64,000 bases of DNA, from positions 248,001-312,000 of the forward strand of contig NW_020845547.1 in assembly GCF_003704095.1 (NCBI RefSeq), in the 5' to 3' direction. This DNA comes from Pocillopora damicornis. Lineage: Eukaryota. How positions within the stretch are numbered: position 1 is the first letter of the stretch; each line of letters starts with the position of its first letter. The position numbers were made by a program, and so were the translations under genes. The notes under the pieces were generated by a model. The model did no database searches. It was not told the origin of the DNA and saw only the letters and a list, made by a program, of their open reading frames with translations. Shown here one piece after another: positions 40,801-53,455 of the stretch.

Positions 40801-43800
40801 GCTCAGAGTTTACGCATAGCTGGCTCTATTTTAAAATCGAAGTAGAAGCTCTGCAACATTGAGGTGAGTAATGTTTCAGAATATATCACATGTGGATCGC
40901 ATCCGAAGTGACTACATCGTGAGACAAACGATTATATTGCTGTTTTGAAAGTATTCTTTGCCACGATGACAAACCGCAACTTATTTAGGATATAAGCGCT
41001 ATAATAGAAAGAAACCAGACAAGCTTATGTCGGTAGTGAAAGAGGCTCGAGTTTGGATTCAAGTTCGAGTTTGTGTTGAACTTCGAGTTGGACTTTGAGT
41101 TACGTTTCGAGTTAATTGAAAATGTGTAAACTGGTCTGCAAAAATGAAATTTTCTCTTTGGCGGCATTTTTTTTAACTGTCCTAAAACAGATGATTTCGT
41201 TCCTAAAAAAATTTGATAAATAAATTATTCCTTCTTTCGTTGCATCACTGTTTTTACCGTATGGACCAAAGCTAACTCTTGTTAGATTTACGAATGACCG
41301 CACTGAAATTTCGCTTTGCCCTTCGTTTCTATGCCAGGACTGTTACTGACTTTTAAAAACAATACGAACGTTAATCTTGCATATGATTGGGTAGAGTAAT
41401 GAGCCAGAACTGCATGCCCACAAAAAGCCCTTTACGATTCCCGTGAAGCAGATTATCCGCATTCAGTTACGTTTTCCTAGAGAAGCGAAAGAGATGTTGA
41501 AGGATTCCTTAAAACTTTAGCAGTTTATTCCAATGTATATGGGCAGCTCGATATTTGGACAACAAGGGTTTTAAAACTGAAGACGATCGAAATTGTTCAG
41601 ACCTTACGTAGCAGCAGTTAGACATTTCAGTTACTAGCGTTAGCTTCAAAAGATGGCTGATATTACAAGCAGAAATGAATTTAAAATTTTCCGGAATAGA
41701 ATGTCTAATGCTTCATAACCCAAATATATTCAGTTACAATGGCAATGAAGTCGCGAATGTGACTAAATACTATTAGAAGTATGCAGGCATAAGTTACCGG
41801 GTTCTAGAAAAGCGGCGAACATAGTCACGTGTACTTGAACTTATCACAATGGGTGCGCCACTAATGATTACATAACAATAAGCGCATTCAGCGTCTAGTC
41901 AGTGGTTACGCGGTCTTTGAACATTTAACTTCTCGGTTCAAGTTCAAGGAATAAAGTAGGCTTTTTTTAACCTAAACTTATGGTTACAGCGAGTTCATTG
42001 ATTAGGGCAATTATCTTGCCATGAAATTTGACAGTTTTATGTCAATTCCACTCGAAAATCAAAAATAACCCCTGGCTATTGATCATATTCTCAAGAAAGT
42101 AGGAGTCTCCGAGCCTTCCTTTGAGGCTTGCATATGTCAAAAACTTAAGGGTTTTCTCTCACGCAAGATATTGATTTATTGTGAATGAAGTAGCCACGGA
42201 ATATGATCCATTCGTGTATAGCAGTTCAAACTAAACTGTCAAAACAGTGGCACGAAGACTGGAATAAACAGATTCAAACCTAACGCCCAGAACAGCAATA
42301 GATTTATACATTGACTGTTACTGGAATTAATTTCCGTCAGAAATCTTACTACATATCCTTTGCTCGTCATGACTGTTTTCCTTAACCTTTGAAGTATCTT
42401 TCCTGGTTTCTTAGTTGAAATTTGATGTTGATTTGCACTTCGAGCCTTACTTTATATCATGCCTGGAGTTAGCCCGTGAGATGTTTGAGGCACCCTGACA
42501 CGTTATTACCGCATTACTGTGCAGTTTCTAAGAGTTTGTCGTCATGATAATTTGTTCTAAGTCTGTCAAGTTTCCGTGAAAAAGTGCAGGCGTTGTGAAA
42601 CACGAATCTCTCAGAGCCCTTTTTTGCTTCAATAAAAACCGCTTGAAAACCGATTATTTTACTTCAGTTATTATTTCGAACCCTGTGTTACTGAAAGAGT
42701 CAAACAAATTAAATTTTCATCAAAGACAGGGAGTGTTTAAAGATTAGACATTGAAATTGATCTTAAATCTGCAACCGTCCATAACAACCGAACTGTTTTT
42801 AGAAACAAAAGTTGCTGTTGTAACGGCTTTCTCGGAAAGAAAGCGACTCTGTAGAAACTTCTAGAAGTTTGGAGCCCTGTTGTTGAGCGTCTATAAAAAT
42901 TGTATCTCTTAATGATAGCAATTTCGAGTGCTTCTCTAAAGACGCCATCTTCTTTACCCAGAACAACTGCAAAGCTGACGTTAACCCCCTTTTCCATCGT
43001 TGAAACATATCACTAAATTTGCCCTGGTGTTGGATTTCGCTGAAATAAGGCAACGAATTAACATTGCCTCTTTATTAGAATCCTGGCGCCGCGTTGGCGC
43101 TGCGTTGGCGCCGCGTTGGCGCCGCGTTGAGTAGCTATAAATTAAAGGTTTTTCGATTCATGCTATCATTTCAGTGGGTGCGCACTTGCCTACCCAGAGT
43201 TTACACATAGCTGGCGCTATTCTAAAATCAAAGTAGAGGTTCTCCAACATTGAGGTAAGTAATGTTTCAGAATATACCACATGTGGATCGCATCCGAACT
43301 GACTATATCCTGAGAAAAACGATAACGCTCAATTTGCCACGATAACAAACTGCAACCTATTTACGATATAAGCGCTATCATAGATAGAAACTAGGCAAGT
43401 GTAGGTCGGTAGTGAGAAGGCTCGAGTTTGGACCCAAGTTCGAGTTCGTTTTGGAATTCGAGTTGGACTTTGAGTTACGTTCCCAGTTTAGTAAAAAAGT
43501 GTTGACGGATCTGCAATTTTAAATCTTTTCTTTGGCGGCATTTTTTTTCACAGTCTTAAAACATATGATTTCGTTTCTTGAACAATTTGATAAATAAATT
43601 ATTTCTTGTTTCGTTTCATCACTCTTTTAACCGTATGAGACCAAGGCTAACTCTTGTTAGACAGCACTGAGATTTTGCCATGCCCTTCGTCTATACGCCA
43701 AGACTATTACTGACTGTTAAAAACAATGGGAACGTTAATCTTGCATATGATTGGATAGAGTAATGAGCCAGAACTGCATGCCCACCAAAAGCCCTTTATG

Positions 43801-46663
43801 TTTCCCGTGAAGTAGATTATCCGAAGAGATGATGAAGGATTCTTTGAAACTTTAGCAGTTTTTTCCAATGTATATAGGCGGTTCGATATTTGGATAACAA
43901 AAGTTTTAAGACTGAAGACGATCGAAATTGTTCAGACCTTACTTTGCAGCAGTTAGACATTTTAGTTACGAGCGTTGGCTTCAAAAGATGGCTGATATCA
44001 CAAGTAGAAATGGATTAAAAATTTTCCGGGATAGAATGTCTAATGTTTCATAACCCAAATATATTAAGTCACAAAGCAATGGAGTCGCGAGTGTAATGAA
44101 CTACTGTTAGAAGTTTGCAAACATAGGCAGGTACAATTAAACTTATCATAACGAGCGCACCACTAATGATTACATAACAATATGCACATTTAGGGTGTGG
44201 TCACTCATTACGCGGCCTTTGAACATTTAACTTCTGGGTTCGAGGAAAAGTATCAAAATAGGCTTTTTATCGTTACGGCGAGTTCATTGATTGAGGCAAT
44301 AATTTTGCCAGGAAATTTGACAGGTGTATGTATATACTTTGAAAGTATAATTTGTCACGATAACAGACTGCAACCTATTTACGATATAAGCGATATAATA
44401 AATAGAAACCAGACAAGTTTATGTCAGTAGTGATGGAGGCTCGAGTTTGTATCCAAGTTCGAGTTGGACTTCGAGTTACGTTTTGAGATTACTGAAAATG
44501 TGTTGACGTGTTTGCAAGTGATTTTAAACCTTCTCCTTGACGGCATCTTTTTTTTACTGACATAAAACATATGATCTCGTTCTTAAAACCATTTGATAAA
44601 TATATCATTCCTTCTTTCGTTTCATCACTCTATTTACCGTATGAGACCAAAGCTAACTCTTGTTAGATTTACTAATGACCGCACTAAAAGTTTGCTTTGC
44701 CCTTCGTTTATATGCCAGGACTGTTACTGATTGTTAAAAACAATGCGAACGTTAACCTTGCATATGATTGGGTAGAGTAATGAGCCAGATCTGCATGCCC
44801 ACAAAAAGCCCTTTACGATTCCCGTAAAGCAGATTATCCGCATTCAGTTACGTTTTCCTAAAAAATCGGACGAGATGATGAAGGATTCTTTGAAACTTTA
44901 GCAGTTTATTCTATTGTATGTGGGCGGCTCGATATTTGAATAACCAAAGTTTTAAGATTGAAGACGACAGGCCTTACGTAACAGCAGTTAGACATTTCAG
45001 AAACATATTAGGAAAACAAGCAGATTTGGATTGAAAATTTTCCGGGATAGAACGTCTAATGTTTCATAACCCAAATATATTTAGTTACAACAGCAATGGA
45101 GTCGCCAGTGTGATGAACTATTGTTGCAGGCGTAAATTACCGGGTTATAAATAAGCGGCGAACATAGGCAGGTGCAATTAAACTTATCAAAACGAGCGCG
45201 CCACTCATGATTACATAACAAGATGCGCATTCGGGGTGTGGTCACTCATTACGCGGCCTTTAAACATTTAAGTTCCCGATTCGAGTAGAAGTATTAAAAT
45301 AGGCTTCTTTAACCTAGACTTATCCTTGCAACGAGTTCATTGATTGAGGAAGTGATCTTGCCATGAAATTTGACAGTTTTATGTCAATTCCACTCTAAAA
45401 TCAAAAATAACCCCGGGCTATTGATCATATTCTCAAGAAAGAAGGAGTCTCAGAGCCTTCCTTTGAGGCATGCATGTATCAAAACTTAAGAGTTTTCTCT
45501 CACTCAAGATATTGATTTATTTGGAATTAAGTAGCTACAGAATATGATCCATTCGTGTGTTGCAGTTCAAACGAAACTGCCAAAACAGTGGCGCGAAGAC
45601 TGGAATAAACAGATTTAAAGTTAACGCCCAGAACAGTAGTACAATTATGTATTGAATGTTACTGGAATTAATTTCCGTCAGAAATCCTACTACATATCCT
45701 TTGCTTGTTCATAACTGGTGTTAGCCCGTGGGATGTTCGAAGCAACCTGATACGTTATTACCGCATTATTGTGCAGTTTTTAAGAGTTTTTCGTCACGAT
45801 AATTTGTTCTTAGTCTGTCAAGTTTCCGTGAAAAAGCGCAGGAATTTGTTGCAAAACACGAATCTTTCAGAGCCCCTATTTGCTTCAGTAAATACCGCGC
45901 TTGATAACCGAATATTTTAATTCAGTCATTATTTTCGTACCCTGTGTTACTGAAAGAGTCAAACAAATTAAATTTACATCAAAGGCAGGAGATGTCTAAA
46001 GATCAGACATTAAAACTAATCTTAAATCTGCAACCAAACATAACAGCTAAATTGTTTTGGGAAACAAAGTTGCTGTAGTAACAGCTTTCTCGGAATGACC
46101 GCACTGAAATTTCGCTTTGCCCTTCGCTTCTATGCAAGGACTATTACAGACTTTTAAAAACAATGCGAACGTTTCTCTTGCATATGATTGGGTAGAGTAA
46201 TGAGCCAGAACTGTATGCCCACTAAAAGCCCTTTTACGATTCCCGTGAAGCAGATTATCCATATTCAGTTACGTTTTCCTAGGGAAGCGGAAGAGATGAT
46301 GAGGGATTCCTTAAAACTTTAGCAGTTTTTCCAATATATATGGGCGGCTCGATATTTGGACGAGAAAGATTTTAAAATTGAAGACGATCGAAATTGTTCA
46401 GGCCTTACTTACTTGTTCAGGTCTTAGCAGCAGTTAGACATTTCAGTTACTAGCGTTAGCTTCAAAAGATGGCTGATATTACAAGCAGAACTGAATTAAA
46501 ATTTTCCGGAATAGAATGTCTGCCACGTCATAACCCAAATATATTCAGTAACAACGGCAATGAAGTCGCGAATGTGACTAAATACTATTAGAAGTATGCA
46601 GGCATAAGTTACCGGGTTATATAAAAGCGGCGAACATAGTCACGTGTAATTGAACTTATCACA
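37900..46663 (+). repeat. Mosaic tandem amplicon of ~2.2-2.4-kb non-coding units (about 3.5 copies) derived from upstream DNA and coding fragments of the HEPN-STAND-TPR family
   Basis: Recurrent blocks start at 39277/40128/42474/45727, 39893/42245/45585, 40740/43130, 41295/44677/46097 and 38290/41845/44145/45185. 37900-38110 repeats at 38760-38965. Confidence 0.85.
38113..38289. mobile_element. Short insertion ending in a perfect 31-bp hairpin
   Basis: 38220-38250 is the exact reverse complement of 38257-38287 with a 6-nt loop. The paralogous empty site at ~38960 reads ttggacttatcacaatg. Confidence 0.75.
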
Positions 46664-46664
46664 A

Positions 46665-49600
46665 CTCTTCCGAATTAGATGCTTCAGAAATGAGCTGTTC
46701 CACAGGCCCTCAACAGGAATTGCAAAGGTTGAATTCGAGAACAAGTGGGAAAAGACTGGGTCGTCTTTAGAGGAAACTGAGATTTATGTTGTATGAAAGA
46801 GAATCAAAGAGGAAATGGAGGCGCTGAAGAACAATCCCATTGATCACGATACAAAGCGACGTTCGGAGGAACAAGCCGAAAAATGGAACAAAGTACAGGA
46901 ACAACAGAAGAGTAGCCTTCGCCACTGTCTACCGCGCGAAATACCAGTGGAACTTGTGTTTGGCCGCAACAAACACATAGAGCGTATTAAGAAACTGGCT
47001 GAGGGTGGGAAAACCCCAGTTGTCCTGATTACTGGTGGACCTGGATTTGGAAAGACGACTGTGGCTAAAAGAGTGGCGCATGAATTAAAAAAATCAGAGA
47101 CAAAGGTAACTGTGCTGTTTTGTAGTTTACAAACGAAGACAGATTTCAACGAAGTGGTCGTAGGTATGATCAACTCGTGTGGTAAAGCCAGCACGCAAGT
47201 ACGAGAGAATCCGGGGCAATGGTTAAGAAACTGGAGCATACATGTCCCAAACCAGGTCACGTTTGTTCTTGACAATGCAGATGGCGTCCTCGAGTCCAGC
47301 GATCGAGAATCATTTATAAGCGTCTTATCTGACATGAGAATGTTATCGGTGGAAAAGGTAGGATTTGTCATAACTTCCAGGAAAACCTTTAAGAATACGG
47401 ACTTGCAGCCCCTCGAAGTTAGATTGGGCCCTTTGTCCGCCGCACAGGCAAAAAAACTCCTTCTTTCGAAGGTGCAAGTATGTGAAGGTGCCCAGCAGCA
47501 CCCTTCCAGGGCAGATTACATCGCCAAAGATCTATGTGGCTGCGTTCCTCAGGCACTTTGCATTGTTGGATCCTTGCTATCAGACTATCCTGAAGAAACG
47601 CTCATAGAAAGCCTTGAAAAGAAACCATTAGCGGTTCTAGAGGACGACGAAGGATCTGTTGAAAAGGCCATTAAGACTTCGTTTGACCTTTTGAAGAAAC
47701 CCGATCAAGAGGTTTTCATCCTCCTATCCTTGTTCCAAGGTCCATTTGATACAGATGCAGTCCAAGCTGTGACGAAGGCGCAATGTTCAACCTCCGGGGC
47801 TTTGCCTATCTCCATCCTGCGCTCATTAAAATACAGATCTCTTGTGGAGGAGCTCTATTCGTGCAGATATCAGATGCATCCGCTCATTCAATCATACGCA
47901 ATGAAGATTGGTCGAGATAAGTATGACAAACTTTGGACAATGGGCAGAAAACTGGCTTGTGTACACTTCATGTTGCGCCTCGCGAAGAATGCCGATATTT
48001 ACTGGAGTAAGGACACCTGCAAGGCTTCCCTTATATCATTTCAAGATGAGAAGGACAATTTCGAACATTTTCTTCAAATTTATGCTCAAGCTAGGGAAGA
48101 AAAAGATCTAGAGATCATAAAAGACTGTGAGCCCTTTCTGGACAGTTTTCCTTACAAATGCATGTATCTGGAGAGATGTCTTCATCCAAGATTCTACACT
48201 GAGATCCTTGAAAGATTATTGGAAACTTTTGACTCTGCAAGCCAACCAGTGTATGTAGTAGATCTTTTGTGTCTTCTTGGTAATGAATATAGGAAGAAAA
48301 AAGAAAAAGAAGGAAAGAAAAAGTACGAAGAAGTCATGGTTGAAGCCAAAAAAATTCATTTGAGGAATCCTGCTGCGTTTGAGTCGAAACCGTTATCAGA
48401 ACTCCATTTTCACAACAGCAATGCCCGCTTCCTTAAAGGGAACGAACAGAAAGAAGAGGAGTGTACAAAGGCTTTGAAAATATGCACAGAAAAATATGAA
48501 CAGCTTCATGATCACCCGGAAACAGCAGCGACCCTCATCTTTTCAGGAATTGTTTCAAAGCTCTGTAAGAAGTTCGAAGAAGCCATAGATCGGTCTAAAA
48601 AAGCGTTGGATATCTTTCAAATAAAACTTGGGAACCACTATATGACTGCTCTAACCCTGAAGATTACCGGAGACCTTTACGTGTCTCTTGATGAAAAGTA
48701 CGAAGTCGACGGCCTTGAGTGTTATAAAGCTGCTTTGAAAATGTTCGACGACCTAGGAATGGATGAAAACAAAGAGAGCATCTTGGTGCGAAAGAATCTT
48801 GGAACTTGTCACATGAAAAGTGGGAACTTTGACGAGGCAATGAAGCTATTCTCGGAAGCAGAGCAAATTGCCAAACGAGAATTAGAAGAGGAACATCATT
48901 GGAAGGTCCTTGTTGAGACTTCGTTGGCCCTCTTGCTTGAGAAGATGAATAACGTAGAGGGGCGATAGACAAGATGCACAAGGGACTGGAGATGGGCAAA
49001 AGCATGAATCTACCCGTGAACATGATGGGAGGAGAAGAGATGATTAAATTTCTCAACCGGTATCCAGGGAAGTTCCCCGAGACTGAACTCCCAAGTAAGT
49101 AAATATGATGTTTTAACAGTGGTCAATGTTCTTATTAGTTAGCTGTTCCACATGAAGCAGCATTGATAGTTTCTTCCTTACCATCGAAGGAAATTTCAAA
49201 AATTATCCTAGCTGTTTGATATGAGGAGGGAAGGATTTAGGCCTCACACTCCATGGAATTGCAGAGTTAGCATAAAAGCGCTCATAGTTAAATTAAAAAC
49301 GTCTCATATTTTATATTTCAAAGCTTACTCTCTAGATAAGAACTTAAACATCCATAGTAAACGCCATCTGATCTGAATGTCAACATTCTTTATGAATTAA
49401 TGTCAAAGAAACTTCTTTTACTCGCGCGCTACATTTTCCTCAAAACTCCCTCTAGCCTCTTTACGAGATTGCAAGATACTCATCAAAAATTATGGTTAAG
49501 TTTAGACGCTTCGGAAAAAACATTTAGGCATGTCGAGCTTTAAGTAAAGTATACAGTGAGAGAGAAGTTTTACCCTTGTTAAATTGCACCGTGATGATTC

Positions 49601-49723
49601 ATTATACCTACTGCGCTTAATCTTTCAGGAAACGTTGTTAGTCGAATAGGCCATCGAGACGCACGGCCCCACGGGAAGTGGAAAGCTGGCTCTGGAAGAG
49701 GATGGAATCAATCAGGAAATTAA
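46665..49723 (+). pseudogene. HEPN-STAND-TPR copy 3, 5'-truncated and disabled (residual ORF 46815-48968)
   Basis: Starts abruptly within the HEPN domain (RIRCFRNELFH, 46671-46703). In-frame TGA at 46794 and a frameshift in the G run at ~48960, after which the family C-terminus continues in another frame to 49094. Terminal exon at 49629-49723. Confidence 0.82.
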
Positions 49724-52700
49724 GTAAAGGGGTTGTTACAAATGCAGAAAAATTTAAATGGGAGCAATGAAAAACTTGGAAACTTCTAAACTGAGTCTTA
49801 GAGGTGCGCAAACCATGATGATATGGAATCAATCTTTGAAATGACTGCAGCAAATCGAATTTACAGTGATAGCTTTATATTTCACACATGAAGATAACTA
49901 TACAACAAGAGAAAACAGGGATCTCTAAGATACAACCAATTAACTTTCGTGTGGTTCTCTTTTTTTCTTTTGTGTTAAAAATATTACCTATTCAATCGTT
50001 TTGAAGCGAGAGGCAGATTACCGACGATTAACGATTAACCAACTTCTGTCAGCGTGTCTCGCGCCAATTATTTTAACAAAATAGATTCCATCGAGTTGCG
50101 CGTCTCTTCAGTAATAGTTCACAGATGACGTCAAATGTGGTAAGAACCGAAAAGTGAGACACGAAGCCCAGCCGAGTGTTGCTCGTGTCTTTACCACATT
50201 CAGTTATCATCCGTGAACGATTACTTTACAGAATCACGACAACACGGAGTCTATTTGTTTTATGCATGTTATATGATGAAAAGAGTTGTTAATATTTGTA
50301 TTCACTACATTCAAAATTATTTTTCAGATTGTAATTCAGCCGGCTATACTTTATCTTTTGGCTGGAAGGGGTAGTTTTAAGGGTGATTTTAGGAAATGTA
50401 AGACTCCGATTAGTAAGGAAATCGATAGCTGAATTTTTCTTGTACATAATGTAGACTCAGGCGAAAAGGAAAATATCTTTGAGCATAATCAGTTAGTTAC
50501 TCGGTATAGAAACTTGTTTTACTTCGTTCAAGCAGAAATGTGCCGAAGGTTATAAGCATCAATGTTTTATTACTTTCAAAGTCAAGCTTACCTTCAAACT
50601 CACCAGGATGCTTAAATGTATCTGAGGAAGATTTTTAGCGACTTTTAACTTTCTGTCCGCTTGATTGTTTTAACCGCAGTATGGGTTTGTCTTCCTCGAG
50701 ATTGTGCAAATTATTGGTTTTTCATATCAAATATTAAGCCAGAAATCTTAACTCGTTTCTCTTATTTGCCGTGTAGGCACACGAAATATTAAGTATTTGC
50801 AGAAGCCACAAATGTCGCAAAGAAGCTGATGTGAATTTTAAATGTGATAAAAATTTGTATTTTTGTACAATACAGTCTTTGCCTTTTACTCAGAGCTGTT
50901 ACATTTCCACTGTGTTGTCTAATTATAAAAATTGGATACCTTTACATAATTGCTGGTAGCAACAATAAGTAAATTAGTGAGTAAAGATTCTATCAACGAA
51001 TATTTCCTGTTTTTGATGAGAAGGTATAGTTCAATGTCTTAGGGAAAATTAAGTGATTTTTCCATGAGTTTTTTTGGAGCATATTTTATACTTTTTTCAA
51101 TATTTTAGCCGTTCTTAATTCATTCGAGTTTTTTTATTGTAATGTTTTAAGATAAAAGCCAACAGTAAGTTCTTTCAACTACCAACATGTACCTATGGCT
51201 TTGTTCTCGCCGCTAAACATCCGTCCTTTTGTGATTTTATTCTTAGTGGACATTGTTAAGTACACATTCCTTGTAGCGACCTTTTCTGGTAAATTACTTC
51301 TCAAGGAAGTTGCTAGCTGTAAATTAGTCCTTTTCATGCGATAATTTTTCTCGTTGCTACTTGTTCAAACTTAACACCAACATCGCTTCTATAGGCACAA
51401 ATTTTAATTAAGTTCTCACCTTTACTTGCTAAGATATACAATCAAGCAATTGTAGATTTAGGGAATAGAACCACGCGCTCGATAGTGCATAAAGAGGTCT
51501 ATTGTAAAGCTTTTTCGATTACATAGACGACTGCGTGGCGATTGCATTGACGGCTGTGTGGCGATTAAGAAGTTGAGAACGGCAGAGGTCATGTCGTTTC
51601 CCGACAGGAACTAAAATAAACTTACTATGGAACCAAACGCTGTCTCATCCTTGACGTTCGTAGCAAGCTCGCTTGAAGCAGGTCACCGTGAGCCAGAAAA
51701 CCGTAACGAGTTTTCGTTCCCGCTGCCAAGTGGTCTCTACCGAGCTATTTTCCCCTGTTATCGTTTTGTTCCCCGCAAAAGTCTAGCTAGTGCGAGATAT
51801 CGTGTCTATTGTCACAAGTAAGGAACGGGATGTGGGTGTAAACTGTTACCGTGAACGCTTAGGGCTGTTAAAAAAAGTAATGAAATAAGGGAGAACAGGT
51901 TTTGTGAAGATACTTCTGTAAGACTAAAGTAAAAACCAGAAACACCATAACTTCATACATGTTCTGTTTCCATTATTCATTGTAGACAAGTCCGAACTTT
52001 ATCGTGGAAAAGACTGAGACTGGAATGAGACCCCGATGCTTCAATTTGTTATAACTATTTTCGTTGCGAACCTTGGTTATTTTTATTTATTTCACTGATA
52101 ACCAGTAAAAAGGTTGACATTCTCGAAAACACGATATGCTAATAAGAATGAGAAAAAACCTCACTGTTCAGCTCTAGATTTTAGCTCTGAGTACACTGAG
52201 CCCTCGCATGCAAACAATAAATAGATTACATCGCATATCAAGTGTACTGAGCAATGATTCCGAGAAAGATGTCCATTGTGTATTTGTTTACATTTCCTCC
52301 AAGTTTCTGAGAAAATCCGGAATAATTGCTTGTCAATATGTTTTGAACCGTCACAGGTACTTTACGTCGTTGGGAAACTTTAATTTTTAACTACAGACGT
52401 GTATAGCTTCGTTCTTGAAGCAGCAAATATTGCTTAAAGAAGAAAATGCAAGTCAATTGGAAGTCACAATATACATATTACTGGAGTGTTAAGGTTAACT
52501 AACTTGAGCAACTCGCGCCAACGGAGGCACCAGAAGTCTGATCAAGCACTTTTAATTCATTCGGTCATTTGGTCACGCTTTTAAATAACGGTAGGCATGT
52601 TTGGGTTTACGGGACAACTGACCTTGGAGGAGTAAACATATTTTTAGAATGCTAACCGAAACAATTTCACGAGACATTCGAAATAAACAACAAAGTAGTA

Positions 52701-53149
52701 CAAAATCAATATTCAAGAACTCGCTAAAACCTAAACATCACTTTCCGTTGACGACTCTAAGCAAGGTTAAGCACAAACCCAAACACGACTATTGATGACG
52801 AATATCGTGCGAGAGTTAAGCCATATTACAATGGTCGAGGACAAATCACTGAAAAGGTAAAAATAAATGTGTGGTCTTGCAGCACATGACAAACCAAGGG
52901 TCACAGGACTCTCACAAGGATTTCAAGATAATCTAACAGGCCTAAACAAATCCCAAACACTTAGTCAGAACATTTCTAAATTTAGTAGTTCCCAAACACT
53001 TCTAATGTTGGTAATTTAATGGAAAGTGATTAGCTGCCAATATACTACGCAAATTTCCGATTTTTAATGCACGAGACATATTAAATTCCGAAAGACACGT
53101 AAGGGCTTCCTTGAGAGCGGAATCAAAACTGATAACTTCACAATCAGAG

Positions 53150-53335
53150 TTCCCCAACTTTCTCTTTCTCACGAAAGCGAAATGCCAGAATGACGCTCAA
53201 ATGACATATTTGGCTTGTGGTTGACAGCTAGAGCTTAACCGCACCAATCAGGAACTGAAGACAATGATCTTTCTCGGAAACCATAGAAAATTATTCATCA
53301 TCCAGTATTTCCTAAAACTCATTGGGAAATTTCCC
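53150..53335. promoter_or_regulatory. Cluster of IRF-, STAT-, CCAAT- and NF-kB-like motifs upstream of copy 4
   Basis: tttctctttc and GAAAGCGAAA (IRF-like, ~53159-53182), CCAAT (53244), TTCTCGGAA (53271), GGGAAATTTCCC (53324). Confidence 0.5.
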
Positions 53336-53455
53336 TGTTGACTAGTTAAAAAAGTCGTGTCGATTGAAAATCGCAATTCGTGGTTATCTGAAGACAAGCT
53401 AACGTTCTTATCCTTCTCAAAAGGAATTTGCTTTTTAAGAGCTTGATAGTAGGTT

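Noticed and set aside
43085-43130. 11-bp GC-rich tandem repeat (ggcgccgcgtt x4), also (tcacg)n at 58776 and 12-bp ttcgagtt periodicity at 41044, 43419 and 44438
   Set aside because: Ordinary slippage repeats with no evidence of function.
37900-46663. Possible CRISPR-like or coding repeat array (short recurring ORFs such as 39552-39800, 40442-40699, 42737-43053)
   Set aside because: Units are kilobase-scale diverged duplicates with no repeat-spacer structure, and the ORFs differ in frame and length between copies.
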